A stretch of 64,000 nt of DNA, from positions 2,336,001-2,400,000 of the forward strand of contig OY761159.2 of NCBI GenBank assembly GCA_963664395.2. Direction: 5' to 3'. The first letter of the stretch is position 1; each line of letters opens with the position of its first letter. Positions 19,361 to 27,942 of this stretch are shown here, one piece after another. The DNA comes from Candidatus Binatia bacterium (GTDB lineage: Bacteria > Desulfobacterota > Binatia > Bin18). The position numbers and the translations under genes are program-made. The notes under the pieces were generated by a model. That model saw nothing but the letters and a program-made list of their open reading frames with translations. It searched no databases and was not told the origin of the DNA.

Positions 19361-19771
19361 ATGGGTCGGACGGCTTCTACTCAAGAGACACTGTATTACG
19401 GAAGTACCCGTAAACACCAGTATTGGGAAAACGAAAAACAGACGTTGCGTCTCGTCCGCGATCGGGCTGCGTCCGTCTGGCGGGCGTATCGCAAGCAACA
19501 TGGGATGTACCGCCTTTTGCTGGTGAAGTCTCGCTCCACGGCCGGACCACGAAAAGGGAAACGGAAATCGACACCACTGACGGGCAGAAGCGCTGAAGAA
19601 GTCGTGGCTAACATCAAACGTGACTATCAGCTGCGATTGGTGCTTGAGCAACGACTGCGCCGTTGGATGGATAAGGCATCAGGAGAGCGTGTCCTCGCCT
19701 TTCTCGATCCGAACCAGGGAGGTGCGCCAGCAATGACTGACCCAGGCACGTATAATTCTCAGTCTTCATAA
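19361..19771 (+). CDS. Hypothetical basic protein (~136 aa)
   Basis: ORF fills the gap after rsfS, with GGGGGA before the ATG. No recognisable motif. Confidence 0.5.
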   Translation: MGRTASTQETLYYGSTRKHQYWENEKQTLRLVRDRAASVWRAYRKQHGMYRLLLVKSRSTAGPRKGKRKSTPLTGRSAEEVVANIKRDYQLRLVLEQRLRRWMDKASGERVLAFLDPNQGGAPAMTDPGTYNSQSS

Positions 19772-19907
19772 AAGAGCGAAGAAGCGCGGGTGTTTTTCCC
19801 CATTGTGGGGAAAAACAGGCGGAGACCAGGAAAAAAACGGGACGAGCAGCGCGGCGCTCGGTGGGTGCTAGCATGGAGCGCCGACGAAAAAACAGACCGA
19901 ACGACCC

Positions 19908-20882
19908 CTACCAGCGCGCGACCGATGCCCCCCAGGTGAGCCCGCCCCCACAGCCGTTGAGCACGACGATGTCGCTATCATGCACTTTGCCTTCCCGTAT
20001 AGCTTCATCCAGAGCTATCGGAATGGAGGCGGCAGACGTATTCCCGAAGCGATGCACATTGCAGTAGACCTTGTCCATACTTGCCCCCAGGCGGTCGGCT
20101 ACCGCTTGGATAATGCGTAAGTTCGCCTGATGAGGGACCATTAACTTGATATCTTCTGGTGTCAGGCCGGATTTTTCGAGGGCCTTTTTTGTCACATCGG
20201 CCAGGGCACGAACGGCCACCTTGAACAATTCCGGGCCTTTCATCTGAATACCCCAGTCGGATTCCTGCTCCCCGGCCTGATCAAACGTTTGGCGCAGTCC
20301 GGAGCGAACGTGGAGCAATTGCCAGAGGGCTCCGCTGGACTCGACGATAGTGCTGAGCAAGCCCCGGTCATTCGGCTGATTTTCTAACACTACTGCGCCT
20401 GCGCCATCTCCGAACAGCACGCACGTAGCCCGGTCTCCCCAGTTGACCATGGAGCTCATGGCATCCGCGCCAACCAGCAGGATGCGGTTGTAATCTCCGC
20501 TTTTGAGATAGCTATGGGCAACCGACAGGCCGTACACAAACCCGGCACAGGCTGCCGCAATATCAAAGGCGGGAATATTATCAACGCCCAGGCGCGTTTG
20601 GAGCAGGCAGGCAGTGGAAGGAAAGGCATACTCCCCAGAGACTGTGGCGACCAGGATCATATCCAAGTCCTGCGCGGACAGGCCCGACGCCTCGAGCGCA
20701 GTTTCACTCGCAGCATGAATGAGGTCGAGCAATGACTCATCCTGCTGTATGACACGCCGTTCCTGTATGCCCGTCCGTGTGACAATCCATTTATGGTTTG
20801 TGTCAACCCGTTTCGCTAGATCATCATTTGTGAGACAGGTCGAAGGGACGGCGGAACCTGTGCCGATAATACGTGCGCCCAT
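19908..20882 (-). CDS. fabH: Beta-ketoacyl-ACP synthase III
   Basis: TRTGIQERR, AACAGF, LFGDGAGA, PHQANLRI and GNTSAASIP. Confidence 0.96.
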   Translation of the reverse strand: MGARIIGTGSAVPSTCLTNDDLAKRVDTNHKWIVTRTGIQERRVIQQDESLLDLIHAASETALEASGLSAQDLDMILVATVSGEYAFPSTACLLQTRLGVDNIPAFDIAAACAGFVYGLSVAHSYLKSGDYNRILLVGADAMSSMVNWGDRATCVLFGDGAGAVVLENQPNDRGLLSTIVESSGALWQLLHVRSGLRQTFDQAGEQESDWGIQMKGPELFKVAVRALADVTKKALEKSGLTPEDIKLMVPHQANLRIIQAVADRLGASMDKVYCNVHRFGNTSAASIPIALDEAIREGKVHDSDIVVLNGCGGGLTWGASVARW

Positions 20883-20988
20883 GCGCCACCTCTTTCGTTC
20901 TTCTTGCCCAGCGAGATCAGGCCAGTCAATACGTCTCGCGCTGTTTCGCTCAGGGCATGTTCTGTTTTCTTAGGTCCCAGTGTTCTCG

Positions 20989-22251
20989 TTAATCCGATTG
21001 ATCGCCTTCCCATTTGCGAAAGACGAGGCAGGCGTTGGTTCCCCCAAAGCCAAAGGAATTGGATAGGACGGTCCGGACCGGCGCCGAGCGGGGCTTGTTG
21101 GGCACATAGTCCAAATCGCAATCCGGATCAGGTTCTTCATAGTTGATCGTTGGCGGCATGATCTGATGGTGGAGCGCTAAGGCGGAATACACGGCCTCGA
21201 CGCCACCGGCAGCACCAAGTAAATGGCCGGTCATAGACTTGGTTGAACTGATAGCGAGCTTTGCCGCGTGTTCGCCAAAGACTCTTTTCAGGGCCAAGGT
21301 TTCGGTCGCATCGTTATACGGTGTTGAAGTGCCGTGTGCGTTGACATAATCGATCTCGGTCGGATCAATCCCGCCGCTCCGCAGGGCCAGCTTCATGCAG
21401 CGCACCGCGCCTTCGCCTTCGGGCGAGGGGGCGGTGATGTGATACGCATCTGCGTTGGCACCGTAACCGACCACTTCGGCGTAGATTTTTGCCCCGTGAC
21501 TCTTGGCGAATTCGAGCTCCTCCAACACCACAATGCCAGCACCTTCGGCCATGACAAAGCCGTCACGATTTTTGTCAAACGGACGACTGGCCTTCTCGGG
21601 CTCGTCGTTCCGCGTCGAGACGGCTCGCATGGCAATAAAGCCGCCCAGCCCTAAAGAGGTCAGGGCCGCCTCTGCTCCCCCGGCAATAACGGCATCCTGA
21701 TCGCCCAGCCGAATGGCCCGATACGCTTCCCCAATGGCGTGTGCACCGGAAGAGCACGCACTCGTTGGCGTATAATTAATACCTTTGGCGCCATAGCGGA
21801 TGGAGATTTGGCCGGGTGCCAGGTTGCTCAACAGCTTGGGGATAAAGAACGGAGAAACTTTCTTGAGTCGCGTATCAAGAAAGTGCAAGTGGTATTCTTC
21901 AATGCTGGTCAGCCCGCCAATCCCGACCCCGACGATACACCCAATCATATCCTCGTTTTCCGGCGTGATTGGAGTCTTGGCTTCATCCATCGCCATTTGG
22001 GCGGCGGCAACACTATACTGGATGAAGAGGTCCATCTTTTTGACTTCTTTCTTCTCAATAAAATCGGTGGGAGAGAAGTCGTTGACCTCGCCAGCAATCC
22101 GAGTTGGAAAGTCTGAGACATCAAAGCGCGTCAAGGGGCCGATTCCTGAGCGTCCCTCAAGCAGCGCTTGCCAGTTTTTCTCCACCCCAGTGCCAAGTGG
22201 AGTCACAGCCCCTAGCCCAGTAATGACGACACGGCGTTGCCCGTTTTGCAT
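20989..22251 (-). CDS. fabF: Beta-ketoacyl-ACP synthase II
   Basis: [35 protein letters not shown] and SNSFGFGG. Confidence 0.97.
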   Translation of the reverse strand: MQNGQRRVVITGLGAVTPLGTGVEKNWQALLEGRSGIGPLTRFDVSDFPTRIAGEVNDFSPTDFIEKKEVKKMDLFIQYSVAAAQMAMDEAKTPITPENEDMIGCIVGVGIGGLTSIEEYHLHFLDTRLKKVSPFFIPKLLSNLAPGQISIRYGAKGINYTPTSACSSGAHAIGEAYRAIRLGDQDAVIAGGAEAALTSLGLGGFIAMRAVSTRNDEPEKASRPFDKNRDGFVMAEGAGIVVLEELEFAKSHGAKIYAEVVGYGANADAYHITAPSPEGEGAVRCMKLALRSGGIDPTEIDYVNAHGTSTPYNDATETLALKRVFGEHAAKLAISSTKSMTGHLLGAAGGVEAVYSALALHHQIMPPTINYEEPDPDCDLDYVPNKPRSAPVRTVLSNSFGFGGTNACLVFRKWEGDQSD

Positions 22252-22550
22252 AATCTCCTACCTTACAAACTATTTATGACGACATCTGGGAGTGCGGGCT
22301 TCCAGCCCACAGTGGATGCCTTGTACGAAATAGTTTTTTACCAGCTCCTCTCCGCTATCCGAACATTCTCCTAAGGTCATGTATCTTAAAGACTCAATGA
22401 AATCCCTGCAACTGGCCGGCAATCCCATCGTGGTCTGGGCCGGGGTAGAGCGAGCACTGAAAGCGAGCGGGAGTCCCCTTGCTGAAGGAGGGCTGCTATA
22501 CGTCATGCTGAAGAAAGAAGAGAAAGCGGTCAGGAGTAGGTGACAGGCGT

Positions 22551-23861
22551 ATGCCAGAGCACAGGCCGAATCGGCAGAATCAACAGCCTCAAACAGTTTT
22601 CCTGAATCAGCGTGCATACGCCTTCCCGCGCCGTCCTGTCGTTGCGATCTGCATAGACGGCTGTGATCCGGCGTATATCAAGAACGGTCTTGCCGAGAAC
22701 ATTTTGCCAAACATCCGGCGTTTTCTCGCCCGAGGTTTCGGCACCTGGGCGGACGCTGTGGTCCCGACGTTTACCAACCCGAATAATCTGTCAATTGTCA
22801 CGGGCAGTTCGCCCGCGGTGCATGGTATTTCGGGTAATTACTTTCTTGATCCGACAACCGGGCAGGCGGTCATGATGACCGATCCGACGCATCTCCGCTC
22901 TGAAACCCTGCTGGCGTGCTTTTCTCACATTGGGGCAAAGGTCATTGTCATCACAGCCAAAGATAAACTGTGTCGCCTGCTTGGCCACGGGGTCGCCGAC
23001 GGTATGTGTTTCTCTGCCGAGAAAGCTGAGGATTGTACAATCACGGTGCATGGTATTGAGAACGTCTGCCACCGTATTGGCCGTCCACAGCCTGACGTCT
23101 ATTCTGCTGAGCTGTCACTCTTTGTCCTGGAAGCTGGCCTGGCCTTGTTTGAACAACACCGGCCGGATCTGATGTATCTCTCGCTGAGCGACTATGTACA
23201 ACATAAACATGCGCCTGGGAGCGCTGAGGCAAATGCCTTCTATGCCGCGCTTGACCGCTTGTGTGGCCGGCTGGCTGATGCCGGAGCCCTGGTCGCCCTC
23301 ACCGCCGACCATGGTATGAACGCCAAACCGCGGGTTGTGTTTCTCCAAGACATTCTGAATGCGTGCTGTGGTCAGGGCAAGACGCGCGTGATCTGTCCGA
23401 TTACCGACCCCTATGTTGTCCATCATGGCGCGTTGGGGTCTTTTGTCCGCGTCTACTGTCTTGGCGCAGAGCGGGCTGCCGTGCGTGCGGTGATCGTAAA
23501 CATTCCCGGAATTGAAGCTGTGTATGACAAGCACACCGCGTGTGAACAGTTTCTCCTGCCGCCTGACCGTGAGGCTGATCTCATTGTTCTTGGAGATCAA
23601 AAAACGGCCATTGGTGCGGCAGAACAAGATCATGACTTGTCCGGGTTAGGGGATGCGCCTCTCCGCTCTCATGGAGGGCGCGCTGAGCAGTCGATACCAT
23701 TCATTCTTTCCGAGCCCATCTCTGAGGAGTACCAAAAACGTGCGGAAACAGTCCGACTCAGAAATTTTGACCTGTTCGACTACGCTTTGAATGGGGCAAG
23801 AGGGCTGGAGTCTCCGTTTTCCGCAGCCTCACGCCTTGTGTCAGGAAAATTGAGCCTATAG
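22551..23861 (+). CDS. phnA: Phosphonoacetate hydrolase (alkaline phosphatase superfamily)
   Basis: ICIDGC, PTFTNPNNLSIVTG, DYVQHKHAP, TADHGMN, ITDPYVVHHGALGS and LRSHGG. Confidence 0.92.
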   Translation: MPEHRPNRQNQQPQTVFLNQRAYAFPRRPVVAICIDGCDPAYIKNGLAENILPNIRRFLARGFGTWADAVVPTFTNPNNLSIVTGSSPAVHGISGNYFLDPTTGQAVMMTDPTHLRSETLLACFSHIGAKVIVITAKDKLCRLLGHGVADGMCFSAEKAEDCTITVHGIENVCHRIGRPQPDVYSAELSLFVLEAGLALFEQHRPDLMYLSLSDYVQHKHAPGSAEANAFYAALDRLCGRLADAGALVALTADHGMNAKPRVVFLQDILNACCGQGKTRVICPITDPYVVHHGALGSFVRVYCLGAERAAVRAVIVNIPGIEAVYDKHTACEQFLLPPDREADLIVLGDQKTAIGAAEQDHDLSGLGDAPLRSHGGRAEQSIPFILSEPISEEYQKRAETVRLRNFDLFDYALNGARGLESPFSAASRLVSGKLSL

Positions 23862-23871
23862 ACTGAAGCCA

Positions 23872-24504
23872 ATGGACCTCTCCGTCGTCATACAGCAACT
23901 GTCTATTTGGGGACTGCCGGTCCTTGCGGCTGTAGTCCTGCATGAACTCGCGCATGGCTATAGCGCCTATCTGCTGGGTGACCCGACCGCCGCCCGCATG
24001 GGCCGACTGACGCTGAATCCTCTCGCCCATGTGGACTTGTTTGGAACAATTTTGTTGCCAGTCATGCTCATTGTTTCCGGCGCGCCGTTTCTGTTCGGCT
24101 ATGCCAAGCCCGTTCCCGTAAACTTTGCGAATCTGCATAACCCCCGCCGGGACATGGTGCGCGTTGCTGCTGCCGGCCCGATTATGAACCTCATACTGGC
24201 AGGACTGTCTGCCTTTGCGCTGAAGTTCCTGCTGTCCTTACAACTCATCGACGATGGCCTGGTCGCCCGTAGCCTGTTGGCGAGTGTCATGATCAATATC
24301 GTCCTTGCGGTTTTTAACTTATTGCCTTTACCGCCGCTCGACGGCGGGCGGGTCGCCACAGGCCTTCTGCCCCGGCGGCCGGCTCTTGCGCTCGCCAAGC
24401 TTGAGCCCTATGGCATGTTGATCGTGATGCTCCTGTTGATGACCGGGGTTCTCGGCGACATGCTCCAACCGCTGACGCTGTTCTTACTCAACGCCCTCTT
24501 GTGA
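23872..24504 (+). CDS. Site-2 protease (M50) family protein
   Basis: HELAH, GDPTA..GRLTLNP, AGP..N and FNLLPLPPLDG. Confidence 0.93.
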   Translation: MDLSVVIQQLSIWGLPVLAAVVLHELAHGYSAYLLGDPTAARMGRLTLNPLAHVDLFGTILLPVMLIVSGAPFLFGYAKPVPVNFANLHNPRRDMVRVAAAGPIMNLILAGLSAFALKFLLSLQLIDDGLVARSLLASVMINIVLAVFNLLPLPPLDGGRVATGLLPRRPALALAKLEPYGMLIVMLLLMTGVLGDMLQPLTLFLLNALL

Positions 24505-24514
24505 GATTCCATTC

Positions 24515-25549
24515 ATGCAAGATCACTCAACTAACACACCGATACGACAAACGATTGTGAGCGGATTTCGTCCAACCGGCAAGCTCCATCTTGGACATTT
24601 GCACGGCACGCTCACCAACTGGGTTCGGCTCCAAAGCGCGTATCGGTGTTTTTTCTTTGTGGCTGACTGGCACGCGCTGACTACTGGCAATACCACTGCG
24701 GAGAGCATCCGTGACAATACCGAAGAGATGGTAATTGACTGGTTAAGTGTTGGGCTCGACCCACAACAGTCTGTGATCTTCCGGCAGTCCGATGTGAAAG
24801 AGCACGCTGAGCTGCACCTCTTGTTTTCGATGATTACGCCGACGCCGTGGCTTATTCGGAACCCGACCGTCAAAGAGCAGGCGCGCGAGCTGGGCTTTAT
24901 CGACTCTGATGACGAAGCCGCGGTCACCACGATTCACTATGGTCTGCTCGGCTATCCGGTGCTCCAGGCCGCTGACATCCTCATGTACAAGGCGCAGTGG
25001 GTTCCTGTCGGTATAGATCAAGTCCCGCATATTGAGCTGACCCGCGAGATTGCGCGGCGCTTTAATGCGGTATATGCGGCCCGCGTCTTTCCCGAGCCGC
25101 AGGCCCTCTTGACTGAGATTCCAAAAATTCTTGGCGTTGATGGCCGCAAAATGAGCAAGAGCTATGGCAATGCGGTCGTCCTGTCAGACCTGCCGGAAGA
25201 GGTCGATACGAAGCTGTCGCGGATGATGACCGACCCGCGCCGGGCGCGGCGGCGTGACCCTGGCGATCCGGCAGACTGCCCGACCTTTCACCTGCACCGC
25301 CTCTACTGTACTGAGGAAGAAATCGAATTTGTCACGACTGGCTGCAAAACCGCGGCCATTGGCTGCCTTGAATGCAAGAAGGTTATGATCAAGCATGTGC
25401 TTGACGATTTGGCTGAATTCAGAGAAAAACGAACGTACTGGGAAAACCACCGTGACGACGTGCGCGACGTACTCCGGGAAGGGGAACGTCAGGCTCACGA
25501 GATCGCCCGTCAAACCATGACAGAGGTGCGGGAGGTTGTTGGTGTGTAG
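24515..25549 (+). CDS. trpS: Tryptophan--tRNA ligase
   Basis: SGFRPTGKLHLGH, YPVLQAADIL, VPVGIDQ and KMSKS. Confidence 0.97.
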   Translation: MQDHSTNTPIRQTIVSGFRPTGKLHLGHLHGTLTNWVRLQSAYRCFFFVADWHALTTGNTTAESIRDNTEEMVIDWLSVGLDPQQSVIFRQSDVKEHAELHLLFSMITPTPWLIRNPTVKEQARELGFIDSDDEAAVTTIHYGLLGYPVLQAADILMYKAQWVPVGIDQVPHIELTREIARRFNAVYAARVFPEPQALLTEIPKILGVDGRKMSKSYGNAVVLSDLPEEVDTKLSRMMTDPRRARRRDPGDPADCPTFHLHRLYCTEEEIEFVTTGCKTAAIGCLECKKVMIKHVLDDLAEFREKRTYWENHRDDVRDVLREGERQAHEIARQTMTEVREVVGV

Positions 25550-25659
25550 GGCGGCGGAAGTGTCAGGCCACGAGAGCAGGTGAGACTGCATGGGCTGCCC
25601 CTTCTGCTGTACGGGGAATGACGAACGGCGAAGAGCGTAGAGTCCACAAAGCCCTTTCC

Positions 25660-26406
25660 ATGTTCTATCGTGTTAAACTCGATGTCTTTGAAGGTCCGCT
25701 CGACTTACTGCTTCATCTCGTCAAAAAGAACGAGGTGGAGTTGTCCGACATCCCCGTTGCTGAAATCACCGACCAATACTTAGCCTATCTCGATCTACTC
25801 GAACAGCTTGATCTGGACATTGCGGGCGAATACCTGGTGATGGCAGCGACCCTGCTGCACCTCAAATCTCGTCTCCTGCTGCCTGTTGAGGAAACGCCTG
25901 AAGAAGAAGATGTCGAGGACCCGCGGGCCGAGCTGGCCAGACAACTGCTCGAATACCAACGCTTCAAAGAAGCGGCTGATGTGCTGATGAGTCGGGATAT
26001 GCTCGACCGCGATGTCTTTACGCGTCCACCCATGTCCGATGGACTGGAAGGCGAAGAGGACGCGGTCTATGATTTGTCGCTCGGCGATCTGCTCGATGCC
26101 CTGCAAGACGTCATTAAACGGGCAGACTCTGAAGAAACGCAGCAGATCATTCTTGAGCATGTTTCTTTACGTGATTACCTGTGTGCTATACTCGACACGT
26201 TACGGGAGAAAAGAGAAGTACTCTTCGACCAACTCTTTCCTCAGGATTCAACCCGCCTTCAGGTCCTTGTGACCTTCCTCGCCGTCCTCGAACTGGTCCG
26301 CAATCGGATGATACAGGTGCGACAAGAGAATCCCTTTGGCCCGATCGTTGCCTCCCTGGCAGTGAGTCCGGAGGAGCCCTTACCCGAGGCGCTCGAACAC
26401 GTATGA
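25660..26406 (+). CDS. scpA: Segregation/condensation protein A
   Basis: FEGPLDLLLHL, EYLVMAATLL.LKSR.LLP and FLAVLEL. Confidence 0.95.
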   Translation: MFYRVKLDVFEGPLDLLLHLVKKNEVELSDIPVAEITDQYLAYLDLLEQLDLDIAGEYLVMAATLLHLKSRLLLPVEETPEEEDVEDPRAELARQLLEYQRFKEAADVLMSRDMLDRDVFTRPPMSDGLEGEEDAVYDLSLGDLLDALQDVIKRADSEETQQIILEHVSLRDYLCAILDTLREKREVLFDQLFPQDSTRLQVLVTFLAVLELVRNRMIQVRQENPFGPIVASLAVSPEEPLPEALEHV

Positions 26407-27098
26407 GAACAGATAAAATCAAAGCGATCGCTGAGAGTCTGTTATTTGCATCCGGCGTGCCCTTGCCGCTCCGCCGTTTGGTCGAGGTCATTGGAGCAAC
26501 CAAGGGAGAAGTGAAGGCTGGCCTCGCTGCCTTACGAGCCGAGTATACGGGCCCCTACCGAGGCATTCGGCTTATGGAAGTGGCCGGCGGGTACCAGTTT
26601 CGGACTGTTTCTGATCATGCGGACTACGTGAAAGCGCTCGGTCGGGATAAGCCGGTGAAACTGAGTCGGGCCGCACTCGAGACCCTATCGATCATTGCCT
26701 ACCGTCAGCCCTTGACGAAGATCGAGATTGAGGCCATTCGTGGGGTAGACGTGGACGGTGTGTTAAACTCCCTCCTGACGCGAAAGCTCATCAGCGTCCT
26801 GGGGCGCAAAGATGTGCCCGGCCGGCCGTGGATATACGGCACCAGCCCGCAGTTTCTTGAAATTTTCAATCTTGATAGTACTAAGGACCTTCCTCCGCTG
26901 CCTGAAATCCATGAGCCAACGGTAAATCCGTATGCAGAAGACATCCCAGATCCAACGGCTACAGAAAATCTTGAGTCAAGCAGGGGTCTCCTCGCGCCGG
27001 GCAGCGGAGAAATTGATCCAAGCGGGACGGATACGGGTGAATGGGCAAACGGTCACCCGTCTGGGCACAACGGCGGACCCACGCCAGGACCACATTGA
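26403..27098 (+). CDS. scpB: Segregation/condensation protein B
   Basis: ESLLFAS, VAGGYQFRT, LSRAALETLSIIAYRQP, IRGVD and GRPWIYGT. Confidence 0.95.
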   Translation: MRTDKIKAIAESLLFASGVPLPLRRLVEVIGATKGEVKAGLAALRAEYTGPYRGIRLMEVAGGYQFRTVSDHADYVKALGRDKPVKLSRAALETLSIIAYRQPLTKIEIEAIRGVDVDGVLNSLLTRKLISVLGRKDVPGRPWIYGTSPQFLEIFNLDSTKDLPPLPEIHEPTVNPYAEDIPDPTATENLESSRGLLAPGSGEIDPSGTDTGEWANGHPSGHNGGPTPGPH

Positions 27099-27705
27099 AG
27101 TTGATGGGCAACTGATCGATCTGCCCTCCGGCTGGCTGTATTTCCTGCTGCACAAACCCCCCAGCGTAGTCAGCACCCTCAAAGATCCGGAGGGCCGCCC
27201 GACGATCCGTGATTTGCTCTCCGGCGTTCGTGAACGCGTCTTTCCTGTTGGTCGTCTTGACTATGCCTCGTCCGGGCTGCTGCTGCTGACAAATGACGGC
27301 GCGCTGACTGAACGTCTACTCCATCCACGTTTTCAGGTGCCTCGCACCTACCAGGCAAAGGTGGGCGGAGTTGTCGCCAGAAGAGCGCTGGCTGAGCTTC
27401 GCCACGGCGTGCGATTGGACGATGGGACACTTGCAGCTCCTGCCGAGGCGCATATTCTCCGGGCAACGGTCCGCAAAACCTGGCTCGAACTGGTTCTGCG
27501 CGAAGGACGTAACCGCGAGGTGCGCCGGATGTGTGAAGCACTCGGCTATCGGGTGGAAAAACTGGTCCGCGTGCAGTACGGCCCGCTCAGTTTAGACGTG
27601 CGGGTTGGCGCGTACCGCACGCTTACCCCACAAGAGATCAAACAGCTCAAGCGCCTGGTTGAAAAGCCTGCGCAATCACGGTCTTACCTCAACCCCCGGC
27701 CTTGA
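26932..27705 (+). CDS. rluB: rRNA pseudouridine synthase (RluB-like, S4 domain)
   Basis: RLQKILSQAGVSSRRAAE, GRLD, LLLLTNDG and EGRNREVRRM. Follows scpAB. Confidence 0.88.
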   Translation: MQKTSQIQRLQKILSQAGVSSRRAAEKLIQAGRIRVNGQTVTRLGTTADPRQDHIEVDGQLIDLPSGWLYFLLHKPPSVVSTLKDPEGRPTIRDLLSGVRERVFPVGRLDYASSGLLLLTNDGALTERLLHPRFQVPRTYQAKVGGVVARRALAELRHGVRLDDGTLAAPAEAHILRATVRKTWLELVLREGRNREVRRMCEALGYRVEKLVRVQYGPLSLDVRVGAYRTLTPQEIKQLKRLVEKPAQSRSYLNPRP

Positions 27706-27730
27706 CTTCGCCCCATGGGGACGATACATT
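27702..27730 (+). promoter_or_regulatory. Sigma70-type promoter for the tRNA
   Basis: TTGACT, 17 bp, then TACATT, 35 nt upstream of the tRNA. Confidence 0.6.
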
Positions 27731-27765
27731 TATTAAACGTAGCGCAGGCTGCGTTTTTTGTCCTG

Positions 27766-27839
27766 CGCGGGGTGGAGCAGTCCGGTAGCTCGCGAGGCTC
27801 ATAACCTCGAGGCCCTAGGTTCAAATCCTAGCCCCGCAA
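27766..27839 (+). tRNA. tRNA-Met (CAT), initiator type; CCA not fully encoded
   Basis: Cloverleaf: CGCGGGG/CCCCGCA acceptor stem with C1:A72 mismatch, GAGC/GCTC D-stem, CGAGG-CTCATAA-CCTCG anticodon arm, CTAGG-TTCAAAT-CCTAG T-arm. Confidence 0.95.
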
Positions 27840-27844
27840 CCTAT

Positions 27845-27878
27845 GAAAGCCCCGAAGTTATTGAACTTCGGGGCTTTC
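27845..27878 (+). terminator. Hairpin after the tRNA (probable terminator)
   Basis: gaaagccccgaagtt-attg-aacttcggggctttc, perfect 15-bp stem. Confidence 0.75.
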
Positions 27879-27942
27879 GCCGTTATAGAGCCCGTCAAAC
27901 AAGTGAGCAGGCGAGCAAGCGAGCAAGCGAGATTGTGTACGT

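Noticed and set aside
22255-22550. fabF-phnA intergenic region as a riboswitch, ncRNA or acpP
   Set aside because: I found no recognisable aptamer consensus and no ACP motif in the short ORF.
26932-27098. 167-bp scpB/rluB overlap as a dual-coding novelty
   Set aside because: The scpB tail is low-complexity and looks like simple run-on into rluB. There is no evidence of function.
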